Shown piece after piece: positions 19,086 to 28,986 of a DNA stretch of 64,000 nucleotides. The translations under genes and the position numbers were made by a program. Source of the stretch: Micropruina sp. (GTDB taxonomy: Bacteria > Actinomycetota > Actinomycetes > Propionibacteriales > Propionibacteriaceae); NCBI GenBank assembly GCA_044225075.1, contig JBGAJF010000020.1, forward strand, positions 951 to 64,950. Reading direction: 5' to 3'. The notes below the pieces were generated by a model. That model was not told where the DNA came from. It was given only the letters and a program-made list of their open reading frames with translations, and ran no database searches. Numbering within the stretch: the stretch's first letter is position 1; the number at the start of each line of letters is the position of its first letter.

Positions 19086-21197
19086 TCAAAGAACGCGAAC
19101 CACCTCATTGAAGTGACACGCCGAGGCGTGATCTGCCGGTCCGGCGACCGACAGCAGCTCCGGAACTTCGTTGATGCACTTCGCCTGATCGGCGGCGCCG
19201 AGGGTCAGGAACTTCGGGCAGCGGGTGCGGAACTTACAGCCGGACGGCGGATCCGCCGGGCTGGGCAGATCGCCCTGCAACAGGATCCTCCGCCGCGAGC
19301 GCTCGGCGTTCGGATCGGGCAGCGGGATCGCGGACAGCAGGGCCTGCGTGTATGGGTGCGAAGGGCGGGTGTAGACGTGGTCGACATCGCCGACCTCGAC
19401 CAGCTTGCCCAGGTACATCACCGCCACCCGGGAGGCGATGTGCCGGATCACTGCCAGATCGTGGGCGACGAACAGGTAGGCCAGGCCGAGTTCCAACTGC
19501 AGTTCCTGCAGCAGGTTGATGACGCCGGCCTGGATCGAAACGTCGAGGGCCGAGACCGGTTCGTCCAACACCAGCAGCTTTGGCTTCAGGGCCAGCGCAC
19601 GGGCTATCCCGATCCGCTGCCGCTGGCCGCCGGAGAAGTGCGCGGGGTAGCGGCTGGCATGATCGGGCTGCAGGCCGACCAAGGTGAGGAGTTCCCGCAC
19701 CCGCTGCTCCATGTCGGCCTTGCTGAAGCCGTGCACACCCATCGGCTCGGCGATGATGTCGAAGATCGGCATCCGCGGATCGAGCGAGGCCATCGGATCC
19801 TGGAACACCACCTGGAGGTCGCGACGCAACGCCTTGCGCTCGGCGCGGGTGAGCTTCGCGGTGTCCTTGCCCAACACCACCACCCGGCCCTCGGTGGGGC
19901 GGACCAGGTTGAGCACCTCGAGCAGTGTCGTCGACTTGCCGCAGCCCGATTCGCCGACCAGGCCCAGCGTCTCTCCCGCCCTGAGTTCGAGGTCGATGCC
20001 GTCCACCGCGTAGACCGTGCCGACTCGGCGGCGGTAGATGGCGCCCTTCATCAGCGGGTAGTGCCGCTTGAACCCGGTCAGTTCCAGGACCGTCTCGCGC
20101 TTCTCCCTGGGCACCCGCTCCAGGGCGGACGCCGGCAGCTCCGGCACCGGGAAAATATCGGCGTGACCCAAGTGACCCTGCTCGATCGTCGCCACCCGGT
20201 GACAGGCCGCCGTATGGGCGATGCTGGTGGTCGGCACCAGTTCGGGCTCGGTCGAGCGGCAGATGTCGATCGCCATCGGGCAGCGCGGCACGAACGGGCA
20301 GCCTGGAGGCAGGTTCACCACCGAGGGCGGGCTGCCCTCCAGCGTCGGCAGCGCGGTGTCGGCTTCCTGATCGAGCCGCGGCACCGTGCCGAGCAGGCCG
20401 ATCGTGTACGGCATCCGCGGACGGTAGAAGATGTCGTCCACGCTGCCCTGCTCCACCGGACGACCGGCGTACATCACGGTGACCCGGTCGGACATCCCGG
20501 CCACCACGCCCAGGTCGTGAGTGATCATCAGCACCGCGGCCCCGGTCTCCACCTGCGCGCGCTTGAGCACCTCCAGCACTTGGGCCTGGATGGTGACGTC
20601 GAGGGCGGTGGTCGGCTCGTCGGCGATGATCACGTCCGGGTCGTTAGCGATCGCCATCGCGATCATCGCCCGCTGCCGCATGCCGCCGGAGAACTCGAAC
20701 GGGAACGACTTGACCCGCTGCTGGGGGTTCGGGATTCCCACCAGTTCCAGCAGTTCGACGGCCCGCTTGGTGGCGGTCGAAGTGCTGACGTCGTAGTGGG
20801 CCTGGATCGCCTCCACCAACTGGTCGCCGATCGTGTACACCGGGGTGAGCGCCGACAGCGGGTCCTGAAAGATCATCGCCAGTCCGTCGCCACGGATCTT
20901 CGACATGTCCTTATCACTGCGGCCGAGCAACTCGGTGCCGTGCAGCTTGACCGACCCGGTGATCCTCGCCGACTCCGAATGCAGTCCCATGATCGCCAGC
21001 GAGGTGACCGACTTGCCCGAACCGGACTCGCCCACGATCGCCATCGTCTCGCCGGCAGCGAGCTCGAAGCTCAGACCTCGCACGGCCTGCACCGGACCCG
21101 CCTCACTGGGGAAGGTCACGTGCAGATCCTGCACGCTGAGCACCGGGCCGCCGGCATTGGTGCGGGGAGCCTTCGGGGTCAACGACTTGGCTCTCAT
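19086..21197 (-). CDS. Peptide ABC transporter ATP-binding protein, fused OppD-OppF
   Basis: Two ABC domains (GESGSGKS/FSGGMRQR and GESGCGKS/FSGGQRQR), each with an oligopeptide C-terminal Cys motif. Confidence 0.93.
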   Translation of the reverse strand: MRAKSLTPKAPRTNAGGPVLSVQDLHVTFPSEAGPVQAVRGLSFELAAGETMAIVGESGSGKSVTSLAIMGLHSESARITGSVKLHGTELLGRSDKDMSKIRGDGLAMIFQDPLSALTPVYTIGDQLVEAIQAHYDVSTSTATKRAVELLELVGIPNPQQRVKSFPFEFSGGMRQRAMIAMAIANDPDVIIADEPTTALDVTIQAQVLEVLKRAQVETGAAVLMITHDLGVVAGMSDRVTVMYAGRPVEQGSVDDIFYRPRMPYTIGLLGTVPRLDQEADTALPTLEGSPPSVVNLPPGCPFVPRCPMAIDICRSTEPELVPTTSIAHTAACHRVATIEQGHLGHADIFPVPELPASALERVPREKRETVLELTGFKRHYPLMKGAIYRRRVGTVYAVDGIDLELRAGETLGLVGESGCGKSTTLLEVLNLVRPTEGRVVVLGKDTAKLTRAERKALRRDLQVVFQDPMASLDPRMPIFDIIAEPMGVHGFSKADMEQRVRELLTLVGLQPDHASRYPAHFSGGQRQRIGIARALALKPKLLVLDEPVSALDVSIQAGVINLLQELQLELGLAYLFVAHDLAVIRHIASRVAVMYLGKLVEVGDVDHVYTRPSHPYTQALLSAIPLPDPNAERSRRRILLQGDLPSPADPPSGCKFRTRCPKFLTLGAADQAKCINEVPELLSVAGPADHASACHFNEVVRVL

Positions 21198-22102
21198 GCC
21201 TGACCCCCCGAGGCGGACGCGGGATCAAGGGCATCGCGCAGGCCGTCACCGATCCCGTTGACGCACAACACCAGGAAGACCAGAACGGCCGAGGGCCCGA
21301 GGAACACCCACGGGTAGGTCGTCGCCATGGTCGCCCCCTCGCCGATCAGCGTGCCGAGCGAGGTGTCGGGCGCCTGGACGCCGAAGCCGAAGAACGACAG
21401 GCCGGTCTCGGCGAGGATGGCGTAGCCGACGCCGAGGGTGGCGTCGATGATCAGCAGCGACGATACGTTCGGCAGGATGTGCCGGACGATCGTCTTCGGG
21501 GCGGACAGACCCATGAACTTGGCGGCCAGCACATACTCCCGCTCCTTGACCGAGAGCGTCAGCGACCGCACCACCCGGGCCGACAACGGCCAGGCGAAGA
21601 GAGCCAACAGCACCACCAGAATCATCCACGAGGCATCACCCTCCGGCGCGCCGCGGGTCAGCACTGCGATCACCAGGAAGCTCGGGACGACCAGCATCAG
21701 ATCGACGATCCAGAGCATCGTCTTCTCGTACCAGCCGCCCAGGTAGGCCACCGAGGCTCCCACCATGGCTGCGATCGAGGTGGAAATCACTGCCACCAGG
21801 AAACCGATGATCAGCGACTTGCCCAGACCTTGAAGGGTCAGCGCCAGCACATCACGTCCGGCCTGAGTGGTTCCCAGCAGATGCGACGAACTCGGCGGTG
21901 TCAAGAAGTTGTAGGTGTCGATGTCGTCGTATTTCCAATAGAACACATGGGGCCCGACCAGCGCCAGGAAAACCAGGAAGACGATGCCCACTGCCCCGAC
22001 CAGCGCCGTCTTGTTGCGCAAGAAGCGACGCCAGATCAGCTGACCCCGGGTCAGCCTCTTCGCCGGCTTCTGATCGGTTCCGGCCGCCTGCAACGCACTC
22101 AT
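21194..22102 (-). CDS. oppC: Peptide ABC transporter permease
   Basis: HLLGTT..GRD, EREYVLAAKFMG, RHILPN and LSFFGFG. Confidence 0.9.
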   Translation of the reverse strand: MSALQAAGTDQKPAKRLTRGQLIWRRFLRNKTALVGAVGIVFLVFLALVGPHVFYWKYDDIDTYNFLTPPSSSHLLGTTQAGRDVLALTLQGLGKSLIIGFLVAVISTSIAAMVGASVAYLGGWYEKTMLWIVDLMLVVPSFLVIAVLTRGAPEGDASWMILVVLLALFAWPLSARVVRSLTLSVKEREYVLAAKFMGLSAPKTIVRHILPNVSSLLIIDATLGVGYAILAETGLSFFGFGVQAPDTSLGTLIGEGATMATTYPWVFLGPSAVLVFLVLCVNGIGDGLRDALDPASASGGQA

Positions 22103-22103
22103 C

Positions 22104-23084
22104 TCAGCCCAGCCTCACCCGCGGATCGAGGATCGCGACCAGGATGTCGGACAGGATGGCGCCGACCAGCACGCACACCCCCGCGAAGGCGGTGACCGCC
22201 ACCGCACCGTTGACGTCGTAGCCGGTGATCGTGTCGACCGCGTACATACCGACCCCTTGGAAGTTGAACACCCGTTCGGTGTAGGTCGCGCCGGTGAACA
22301 GGGTCGCGACCGTGAACGCGATGTAGGTGCCGGTCGGAATGAGCGCCGTGCGCAGGGCGTGCTTCATGACCGCCTTCGACCGCGGCAAACCCTTCGCCCG
22401 GGCCGTCCGGACATAGTCGGCGCCCAGCGAGTCGAGCATCAGGTTGCGCTGGATCCGACTCATCGACGCGGCACCAAGGGCCATCAGCACCACCGTGGGT
22501 AAGAACAGGTGTTGCAGGCGATCGACCAACTCGGCCATCGGATAGCTGCCCACTTCGCCCGTCTCGCCGATGAACTCGAAGGTTCGGGTGCCGGTGAGTT
22601 CGTTGAAGCGGATGGCCAGAATCTGCGAGACGTAGCCGACCACGAAGGCGGGGGTGGAGATCAGCAGCAGCGAGATCACCGTCACAGTGCGGTCGGAAAG
22701 GCTGTACTGCCTCGTCGCAGTCCAGGCTCCGAAGGCGACCCCCAGGGCGATGCCGAGCAGCGAGCCGACCAGCAGCAGTCGCAGGCTGATCCACATCTTG
22801 ATGCCGATCTGCTCGGCCACGTCGACGCCGAAGGGCGAGGAGCCCCAGTCACCGTGCAGCACCCCGCCCAGCCAGGTCAGGTAGCGGTCCCAGAGCGGCA
22901 CCTGGTCACTCAGGTTGTACTGCCGCAGTTGCGCCTCGATGTCCTCCGGTGGGATCGGCGGCTGCCGCAGGGCGAACAGCTTGCGGGGATCCATGGCGCT
23001 GGCCGCCAGAAAGTACGTCATCGATACCGCGACGAAAAGCAGCAGCACGTAGTTGATCAACCGCTTCACCACGTAGCCAATCAC
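22104..23084 (-). CDS. oppB: Peptide ABC transporter permease
   Basis: YVRTARAKGL, KHALRTALIP and ERVFNFQGVG. Confidence 0.9.
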   Translation of the reverse strand: MIGYVVKRLINYVLLLFVAVSMTYFLAASAMDPRKLFALRQPPIPPEDIEAQLRQYNLSDQVPLWDRYLTWLGGVLHGDWGSSPFGVDVAEQIGIKMWISLRLLLVGSLLGIALGVAFGAWTATRQYSLSDRTVTVISLLLISTPAFVVGYVSQILAIRFNELTGTRTFEFIGETGEVGSYPMAELVDRLQHLFLPTVVLMALGAASMSRIQRNLMLDSLGADYVRTARAKGLPRSKAVMKHALRTALIPTGTYIAFTVATLFTGATYTERVFNFQGVGMYAVDTITGYDVNGAVAVTAFAGVCVLVGAILSDILVAILDPRVRLG

Positions 23085-23173
23085 GTGACTCCCCTCGACG
23101 GTGTCAGGGGCACAACATAGCGCGTCCGCGGTAGCCCGAGTAGGCGTTTGAGGAGGTGCGTGGGCCCATCGCC

Positions 23174-23608
23174 TCAGCGACGATTGATCACCACGGTGCC
23201 GAGCACAAGATCGTTCAAAGCCCGTCGCTCGGCACCGATCACAACGGTCGGCAACACCAGGCAGATCATCGCCTGCCGGGCGATCGCCCGCCACACTCCG
23301 ATCGGCCGGCCGTCCAGCCGGGCCACCCCGATCCGCGCCAGAATGTGCCCGAAGCTGCCGCCGGCAAGGGCAGTCAGCACCGCGGACTGCACGAAGAAGA
23401 CGGTGAGGATCATCCAGCTACGCCAGCCCGGCTCCCGCAGCACGCCCGTGCCGAACAGGATCACCGCCAGAGCCATGGACGCTGCCCAGTCGATGATCAG
23501 CGCCGCGATCCGCGACCGCCAACTCGCCAGGGCACCGCGTCCGGTCTCGGGCAGCCCGAGCGACTGCCCGGGGTACTGCTCCGCCTGGTCCACGGCTTCG
23601 TCGCTCAC
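23174..23608 (-). CDS. RDD family membrane protein
   Basis: RIAALIID RDD motif; usual position divergent from actinobacterial glnA1; GTG 7 nt after TAGACT. Confidence 0.85.
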   Translation of the reverse strand: MSDEAVDQAEQYPGQSLGLPETGRGALASWRSRIAALIIDWAASMALAVILFGTGVLREPGWRSWMILTVFFVQSAVLTALAGGSFGHILARIGVARLDGRPIGVWRAIARQAMICLVLPTVVIGAERRALNDLVLGTVVINRR

Positions 23609-23697
23609 CCGGGTCAGTCTAGGCCCCGCTCCCGGGAGAGTTTCGGTAGATCGGAGGCTGGCCGGCGCCGCGCGCGACACCCCGCGTCGAGGCGGCC

Positions 23698-23735
23698 GTA
23701 ACGCTGCTGAAACACATGTGCAACGGAGCGGAAAT
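23698..23735 (+). promoter_or_regulatory. GlnR binding site (two tandem a/b boxes) upstream of glnA1
   Basis: GTAAC-N6-GAAAC-N6-GCAAC-N6-GAAAT matches the gTnAc-n6-GaAAc consensus twice. Confidence 0.85.
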
Positions 23736-23788
23736 GCGATCTTCTTAGGGTGACCGCGTTCCGAGTCCCTTATTCCATCGGAGGAAAG

Positions 23789-25219
23789 ATGTTCCAGAGC
23801 GCTGACGATCTGCTGGCCTATGTGAAGGACGAAGGTGTCGAGACCATCGACGTTCGGTTCTGCGATCTGCCCGGCGTCATGCAGCACTTCACGGTTCCGG
23901 CGGGCTCCTTCGGACCCGAGGTGTTCGAGGACGGCCTCGCCTTCGACGGCTCCTCCATCCGCGGCTTCCAGAAGATCCACGAGTCGGACATGGCGTTGCT
24001 GCCCGACCCGACCACGGCCTTCATCGACCCGTTCCGCCGATCCAAGACGCTGGCACTGAGCTTCTTCGTTCACGACCCGCTGACCAAGGAGCCGTACAGC
24101 CGCGACCCGCGCAACATCGCGCGCAAGGCCGAGTCCTACCTGAAGTCGACCGGCATCGGCGACACCGCGTTCTTCGCGCCCGAGGCCGAGTTCTACATCT
24201 TCGACTCGGTCCGGTTCGAGACCAAGCAGAACGCCAGCTACTACTACATCGACTCCGAGGCCGGCGCCTGGAACAGCGGCAGTGAGTCCGACGGGGACGG
24301 CCGTCCGAACCGTGGCTACAAGGTGAAGTACAAGGGCGGCTACTTCCCGGTCGCTCCCGTCGACCACTTCACCGACCTGCGCGACGACATGGTCCGCAAC
24401 CTGGAGAACGTCGGCCTGACCGTCGAGCGCGCGCACCACGAGGTGGGCACCGCCGGCCAGGCCGAGATCAACTACCGCTTCAACAGCATGCTGGCCGCGG
24501 CCGACGAGGTGATGAAGTTCAAGTACATCATCCGCAACACCGCCTGGGAGTCCGGCAAGACCGTCACCTTCATGCCGAAGCCGATCTTCGGTGACAACGG
24601 TTCGGGCATGCACGTGCACCAGTCGATCTGGAACGAAGGCGTGCCGCTGTTCTACGACGAGAACGGCTACGGCCAGCTCTCCGACATGGCGCGGCACTAC
24701 ATCGGCGGCCTGCTGCACCACGCGCCGTCCCTGCTGGCATTCACCAACCCGACCGCCAACAGCTACCACCGCCTGGTGCCGGGCTTCGAGGCTCCGGTGA
24801 ACCTGGTCTACTCGGCCCGCAACCGGTCGGCTTGTATCCGCATCCCGATCACCGGTTCGAACCCGAAGGCCAAGCGCATCGAGTTCCGCTGCCCCGACCC
24901 GTCGTCGAACCCCTACCTGGCGTTCGCCGCCTGCCTGCTGGCCGGCCTGGACGGCATCCAGAACAAGATCGAGCCGCCGGCTCCGGTCGACAAGGACCTC
25001 TACGAGCTGCCACCGGACGAGCACGCACAGATCAACCAGGTGCCCGGCACCCTCAGCGAGGTGCTGGACAAGCTGGAGGCCGATCACGACTTCCTGCTCG
25101 CCGGCGACGTGTTCACCTCCGATCTGATCGAGACCTGGATCGAGATGAAGCGCGCCGACGTGGACGCCCTGCGGCTGCGTCCGCACCCGCACGAGTTCGA
25201 GATGTACTTCGATCTGTGA
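23789..25219 (+). CDS. glnA: Glutamine synthetase type I (GlnA1, adenylylatable)
   Basis: [41 protein letters not shown] and the DLYELP adenylylation loop. Confidence 0.97.
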   Translation: MFQSADDLLAYVKDEGVETIDVRFCDLPGVMQHFTVPAGSFGPEVFEDGLAFDGSSIRGFQKIHESDMALLPDPTTAFIDPFRRSKTLALSFFVHDPLTKEPYSRDPRNIARKAESYLKSTGIGDTAFFAPEAEFYIFDSVRFETKQNASYYYIDSEAGAWNSGSESDGDGRPNRGYKVKYKGGYFPVAPVDHFTDLRDDMVRNLENVGLTVERAHHEVGTAGQAEINYRFNSMLAAADEVMKFKYIIRNTAWESGKTVTFMPKPIFGDNGSGMHVHQSIWNEGVPLFYDENGYGQLSDMARHYIGGLLHHAPSLLAFTNPTANSYHRLVPGFEAPVNLVYSARNRSACIRIPITGSNPKAKRIEFRCPDPSSNPYLAFAACLLAGLDGIQNKIEPPAPVDKDLYELPPDEHAQINQVPGTLSEVLDKLEADHDFLLAGDVFTSDLIETWIEMKRADVDALRLRPHPHEFEMYFDL

Positions 25220-25303
25220 CAACTGCGTTGTCACAGAGCTCCGACACTCGGCGGGGCTGAAGCCCCACTCACCCGTGTACTTCGATCTGTGACAACTCCG
25301 TTG
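25203..25303. repeat. 28-bp direct repeat duplicating the glnA 3' end and stop codon
   Basis: TGTACTTCGATCTGTGACAACT(G/C)CGTTG at 25203-25230 and 25276-25303; copy 1 extends into the dyad CTGTGACAAC-TGC-GTTGTCACAG. Confidence 0.9.
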
Positions 25304-25337
25304 CCTAGTCAAAGCGATTTCTGAGCGGGTTCAGTAC

Positions 25338-25383
25338 GCAACGAGTCCGCACGTGCGCGAAAGCCGCCGTGCGGACTCGTTGC
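25338..25383. repeat. 16-bp perfect inverted repeat (REP/MITE-like or terminator)
   Basis: GCAACGAGTCCGCACG-N14-CGTGCGGACTCGTTGC. Confidence 0.75.
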
Positions 25384-25502
25384 TGTCCCGGAACAGATGC
25401 GCCCGCAGCGGTGCAGCGTGGTGATCGCCTGACGGCTGCTGCGGCCGTGCCCGCAAACACGGCTCGCGGTAGCGTCGGGTGCTACCGATCAGGGAGGCGA
25501 GA

Positions 25503-25893
25503 ATGAGCCATCCGCGTCGCTATACCGACGACGACCCTTTTCTGGCGCGGCTACGCACCGTCTGTCTGGCCCTGCCGGAGGCGTCCGAGAAAGAGTCCCA
25601 TGGGCACCCGAACTTCTACACCAAGAGGGTGTTCGCCGTATTCGGCGGGGTCGTCAAGGGAGACCACGACAGCGATCGCTGGTCGCAGTCGGTGCTGGTG
25701 CTGCCCAATCTGCTGACCCGCGAGGCGGCGCTGAGTGACGACCGGTTCTTCGTGCCCGCCTATTTACGGGCCGTACGGCTGGATCGGCCTGAACTTCCGT
25801 GCGGCCGAGGTCGACTGGGACGAGGTGACCGAGCTGGTGGAGGAGTCCTATCGCAACACCGCGCCGGCTCGTCTGACCCGGCTGCTGCCGTGA
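25503..25893 (+). pseudogene. MmcQ/YjbR family protein with a +1 frameshift at ~25763
   Basis: LRTVCLALPEA.E..SHGHPNF N-terminus; removing one T from TATTTACGGG restores FFVPAYYGPYGWIGL...VDWDEVTELVEESYR and a stop overlapping the aph start (GTGA). Confidence 0.8.
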
Positions 25894-26666
25894 CACCCTC
25901 GCTGGAGTACCGGCCCCTGGCCGGCCAGCTGGACGTCGCCGACCTCGTCGTCCCGGACTGGGTCAAGCAGGTGGCCGGCGGGACGGCGGCAGGCCCGGTG
26001 TGGCGCAACGAACTTGGCGGCATCACCTACTCCATCGACGGTGGTCAGTGTTACCTGAAAGCGCAGCCGGCCGATACCGGGTGGGACTTGGACGCCGAGG
26101 CGTCCCGGCTGGTCTGGGTGGCCGGCTTCGTGCCGGCACCGCGTGTGCTGGCGTCCGGCGAGCGGGACGATCTGCGCTGGCTGCTCACCGTGGGGCTGCC
26201 CAGACGCTCTGCCGTCCAGCAACCGTGGATCGACCGGCCGGCGACCACCGTGCCCGCGCTGGGCCGGGCGCTGCGCCGGTTTCACGACCGGGTGCCCGCG
26301 GCGTCCTGCCCGTTCAGCTGGTCGGTGGCCGATCGGATAGCCCGGTTCGGCCTCTCCGCCACGTTGATGGACGACGCTTCGGCGCTGGACCCCGTGGTCT
26401 GCCACGGCGATGCCTGCAATCCGAACTTCCTGGTCGGCGCCGATGGCGAGGTGTGCGGCTACGTCGACCTGGGAAATCTGGGAGTCGGCGACCGCTGGGC
26501 CGATCTGGCTCCGGCCCTGATGAGCCTCGGCTGGAACTACGGCCCCGGTTGGGAACGGGCCTTCCTGGACGCCTACGGCATCGACACGGACCCGGCCAAG
26601 CAGGCCTTCTACACGCAACTCTGGAACGCCGAGGACGAGCCACCTACCGGGTATACCCCTCCCTAA
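25890..26666 (+). CDS. aph: Aminoglycoside 3'-phosphotransferase-like kinase
   Basis: HGDACNPN, YVDLG and DRWADLA motifs; LGWNYGPG..AFLDAYG C-terminus. Confidence 0.85.
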   Translation: MTPSLEYRPLAGQLDVADLVVPDWVKQVAGGTAAGPVWRNELGGITYSIDGGQCYLKAQPADTGWDLDAEASRLVWVAGFVPAPRVLASGERDDLRWLLTVGLPRRSAVQQPWIDRPATTVPALGRALRRFHDRVPAASCPFSWSVADRIARFGLSATLMDDASALDPVVCHGDACNPNFLVGADGEVCGYVDLGNLGVGDRWADLAPALMSLGWNYGPGWERAFLDAYGIDTDPAKQAFYTQLWNAEDEPPTGYTPP

Positions 26667-26714
26667 TCAGTTCAGGCCTCCCGTCGACGGGAGGCCTGAA
26701 CTGATTAGGGAGGG
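26657..26714. terminator. 58-bp perfect palindrome between convergent aph and VOC genes (likely bidirectional terminator)
   Basis: 29-bp arms with no loop, centred on GTCGAC; includes the aph stop codon. Confidence 0.7.
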
Positions 26715-26715
26715 C

Positions 26716-27627
26716 CTAGTGAGCGGCGGGGTCGCGTTCGGACGAACACGAACTCAGCCGGACCAGGTTGCCCCAGGGGTCGTCGAGTTCCACCGCGACG
26801 CCGTCGTCGCGGAGCTGGACGCCGTGGACGCGCAGCCGGACGGCCGCCCGGGCGACCTGGTCGGCGTCCGGCAGTGCGATGTCCACCCGGCCGAGCCCCA
26901 ACGCGGGAGCTCGCAGACCGGTGCCGGCGCTGCGCCAGGTGTTCATCGCCATGTGATGGTGGTAGCCGCCGGCCGAGACGAACACGGCGCCCGGCGCTTC
27001 CGCGGTGAGTTCGAAGCCGAGCAGGTCGGTATAGAAGTGCTTGGCGATCGCTGCGTCCCCGACCTTCAGATGGACGTGTCCGACGGTGCCCTGCAGCCCA
27101 TCCAGGACGCCGCGCCGATCGGGAGCGGTCGAGAGCAACTCGCGTCCCACGTCCGTGAGGTGGGCACCGATGAAGCCGTTCGGGTCGAGCGGAAGAGTGT
27201 CCATCACGACGCCGCCCTGCTGCCAACTCCACTCGGCGCGCGGCCGGTCCCAGTACAGTTCGACGCCGTTGCCCTCCGGGTCGTCGAGATAGAACGCCTG
27301 GGACACCAGATGGTCCGCTGCCCCGGTGTACAGGTGAGGGGTATGCATCGCGACCGATGCCATCGTCGCCGCCAGCGAGGCACGGTCCGCATGCAGCAGG
27401 GCGGTGTGAAACAGTCCCGCGCTCCGCCGTTCACCCTTCGGCAGCTCAGGCCGGTGCCGCAGCGTGACCAGTGTCTCGGCGCTCCGTCCCAGGTCAACCT
27501 CGGACGGTCGCTGCGCCAGCACGTCGAGCAACAGCACGTCGCGATAGAACCTGGTCAGCGCGTCCAGGTCGGCCACGTCCAGGCTCACCCGCCCCATCCG
27601 GGTGTCTGCCGGCAACAACTTGGTCAC
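26716..27627 (-). CDS. VOC family protein (catechol 2,3-dioxygenase CatE-like, two glyoxalase domains)
   Basis: GLFHTALL, ADHLVSQAFYLDDPEGNGVELYWDRP, GHVHLKV and GGYHHHMAMNTW. Confidence 0.9.
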   Translation of the reverse strand: MTKLLPADTRMGRVSLDVADLDALTRFYRDVLLLDVLAQRPSEVDLGRSAETLVTLRHRPELPKGERRSAGLFHTALLHADRASLAATMASVAMHTPHLYTGAADHLVSQAFYLDDPEGNGVELYWDRPRAEWSWQQGGVVMDTLPLDPNGFIGAHLTDVGRELLSTAPDRRGVLDGLQGTVGHVHLKVGDAAIAKHFYTDLLGFELTAEAPGAVFVSAGGYHHHMAMNTWRSAGTGLRAPALGLGRVDIALPDADQVARAAVRLRVHGVQLRDDGVAVELDDPWGNLVRLSSCSSERDPAAH

Positions 27628-27710
27628 GAGCACCTCACTTTTCCTGACCCATCAACAACCTCTCATATCGGTTTGTTCCCGCCCGGGCGACGCGTCGTAC
27701 ACTCCCCCGG

Positions 27711-28976
27711 GTGACCTCGGCCGGAACGGATGTGGAAAGCCCGAAGATCCGTGTCCTGGTGGTGATCGGGATCGTGCTGCTCTCGCTCAACCTGCGACCG
27801 GCGGCGGTCTCGGTGGGGCCGGTGCTCGCCGACGTCACCGACAGCCTGCAACTGAACGGCGTCGAAGCGGGCCTGCTCACCTCGCTGCCGGTGATCGCGT
27901 TCGCGGGATTCGGCGCCCTCACCCCGCGGCTGTCGCACCTGATCGGGCCGCACCGATTGACCCTGGTCGCGCTGCTGGCGGCCACCATCGGTCTCTTCGG
28001 ACGCAGCCTGGTCGGCGATACCTGGCTGTTCCTGCTGTTGTCGCTCGTGGCGCTATCGGGGATGGCTGCCGCGAACGTACTACTTCCGTCCCTGGTGAAG
28101 CGCCACTTCCCCGATCGGGTCGGCCTGATGACCGCGGTCTACTCGACGACGATGACCATGGCGTTGACCACCGCGTCCGTACTCACAGTGCCGATCGCGG
28201 ACGCCTACGGTGGCTGGCGCACCGGCCTCGCGAGTTGGGGCCTGTTCGCCGTCGTCGCCACCATCGCCTGGGTGGGGCTGGCCGCTCAGGACCGTGGGAA
28301 CGGCGAGGCCGGGGCACCAGCGATCAGCATGGGCGCCGTCGCGCGCACCCGGCTGGGCTGGACGATGGCAGTGTTCTTCGGGCTGCAGTCGCTGCAGGCT
28401 TATGCCGTGTTCGGATGGTTTCCGAGCCTGTACCGCTCCGCCGGTTTCAGTCCCACCGACGCCGGCGTGATGCTGGGTGTCATCACCGGGATCAGCATTC
28501 CGCTCTCGTTCATCGTTCCGGCCCTGACCGCCCGGCCACGTGCCCAGTTGCCGGTGCTGTTCACGCTGGGCGGCTGCTACCTGGCCGGCTACCTCGGCCT
28601 GCTCCTCGCCCCCGCCCGCGCAGGCCTGCTGTGGGCCGCCCTGGTCGGCATCGGCACCAGCACCTTCCCGATGGTGCTGACGCTGATCGGCCTGCGCTCG
28701 CGAACAGCGGACGGCACGGCCGCATTGTCGGGCTTCACCCAGTCGGTCGGGTACCTCATCGCCGCTCCGGGGCCGTTGTTGATCGGGCTGCTGCACGACC
28801 TCACCGGTTCCTGGACGGCGCCGCTGCTCGCACTGATGGCGATCGCCGTCGTGCTGGTCTGGACCGGCACAGCTGCCAGCCGTCCGGACGCCGTCGAGGA
28901 CCACCTGCCCCGACGCCGGCCCCGCACCACGTCCGTGTCCGGCCCGGATGGACCGCAGACGGTCGACGACCAGTAG
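27711..28976 (+). CDS. MFS transporter, CynX/NimT family
   Basis: LSLNLRPAAVSVGP, NVLLPSLVKRHFP and LSGFTQSVGY; about 12 TM segments; GTG 7 nt after TACACT. Confidence 0.9.
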   Translation: MTSAGTDVESPKIRVLVVIGIVLLSLNLRPAAVSVGPVLADVTDSLQLNGVEAGLLTSLPVIAFAGFGALTPRLSHLIGPHRLTLVALLAATIGLFGRSLVGDTWLFLLLSLVALSGMAAANVLLPSLVKRHFPDRVGLMTAVYSTTMTMALTTASVLTVPIADAYGGWRTGLASWGLFAVVATIAWVGLAAQDRGNGEAGAPAISMGAVARTRLGWTMAVFFGLQSLQAYAVFGWFPSLYRSAGFSPTDAGVMLGVITGISIPLSFIVPALTARPRAQLPVLFTLGGCYLAGYLGLLLAPARAGLLWAALVGIGTSTFPMVLTLIGLRSRTADGTAALSGFTQSVGYLIAAPGPLLIGLLHDLTGSWTAPLLALMAIAVVLVWTGTAASRPDAVEDHLPRRRPRTTSVSGPDGPQTVDDQ

Positions 28977-28986
28977 CATTCCGCCC

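Noticed and set aside
25214-25236. TGTGA...TCACA dyad as a CRP/GlxR site
   Set aside because: The spacer is 11 nt rather than 6, and it lies at a gene 3' end
25479-26666. 395-aa ORF as a novel YjbR-APH fusion protein
   Set aside because: One extra T in a homopolymer explains it; the YjbR C-terminus and a GTGA stop/start overlap are intact in the other frame
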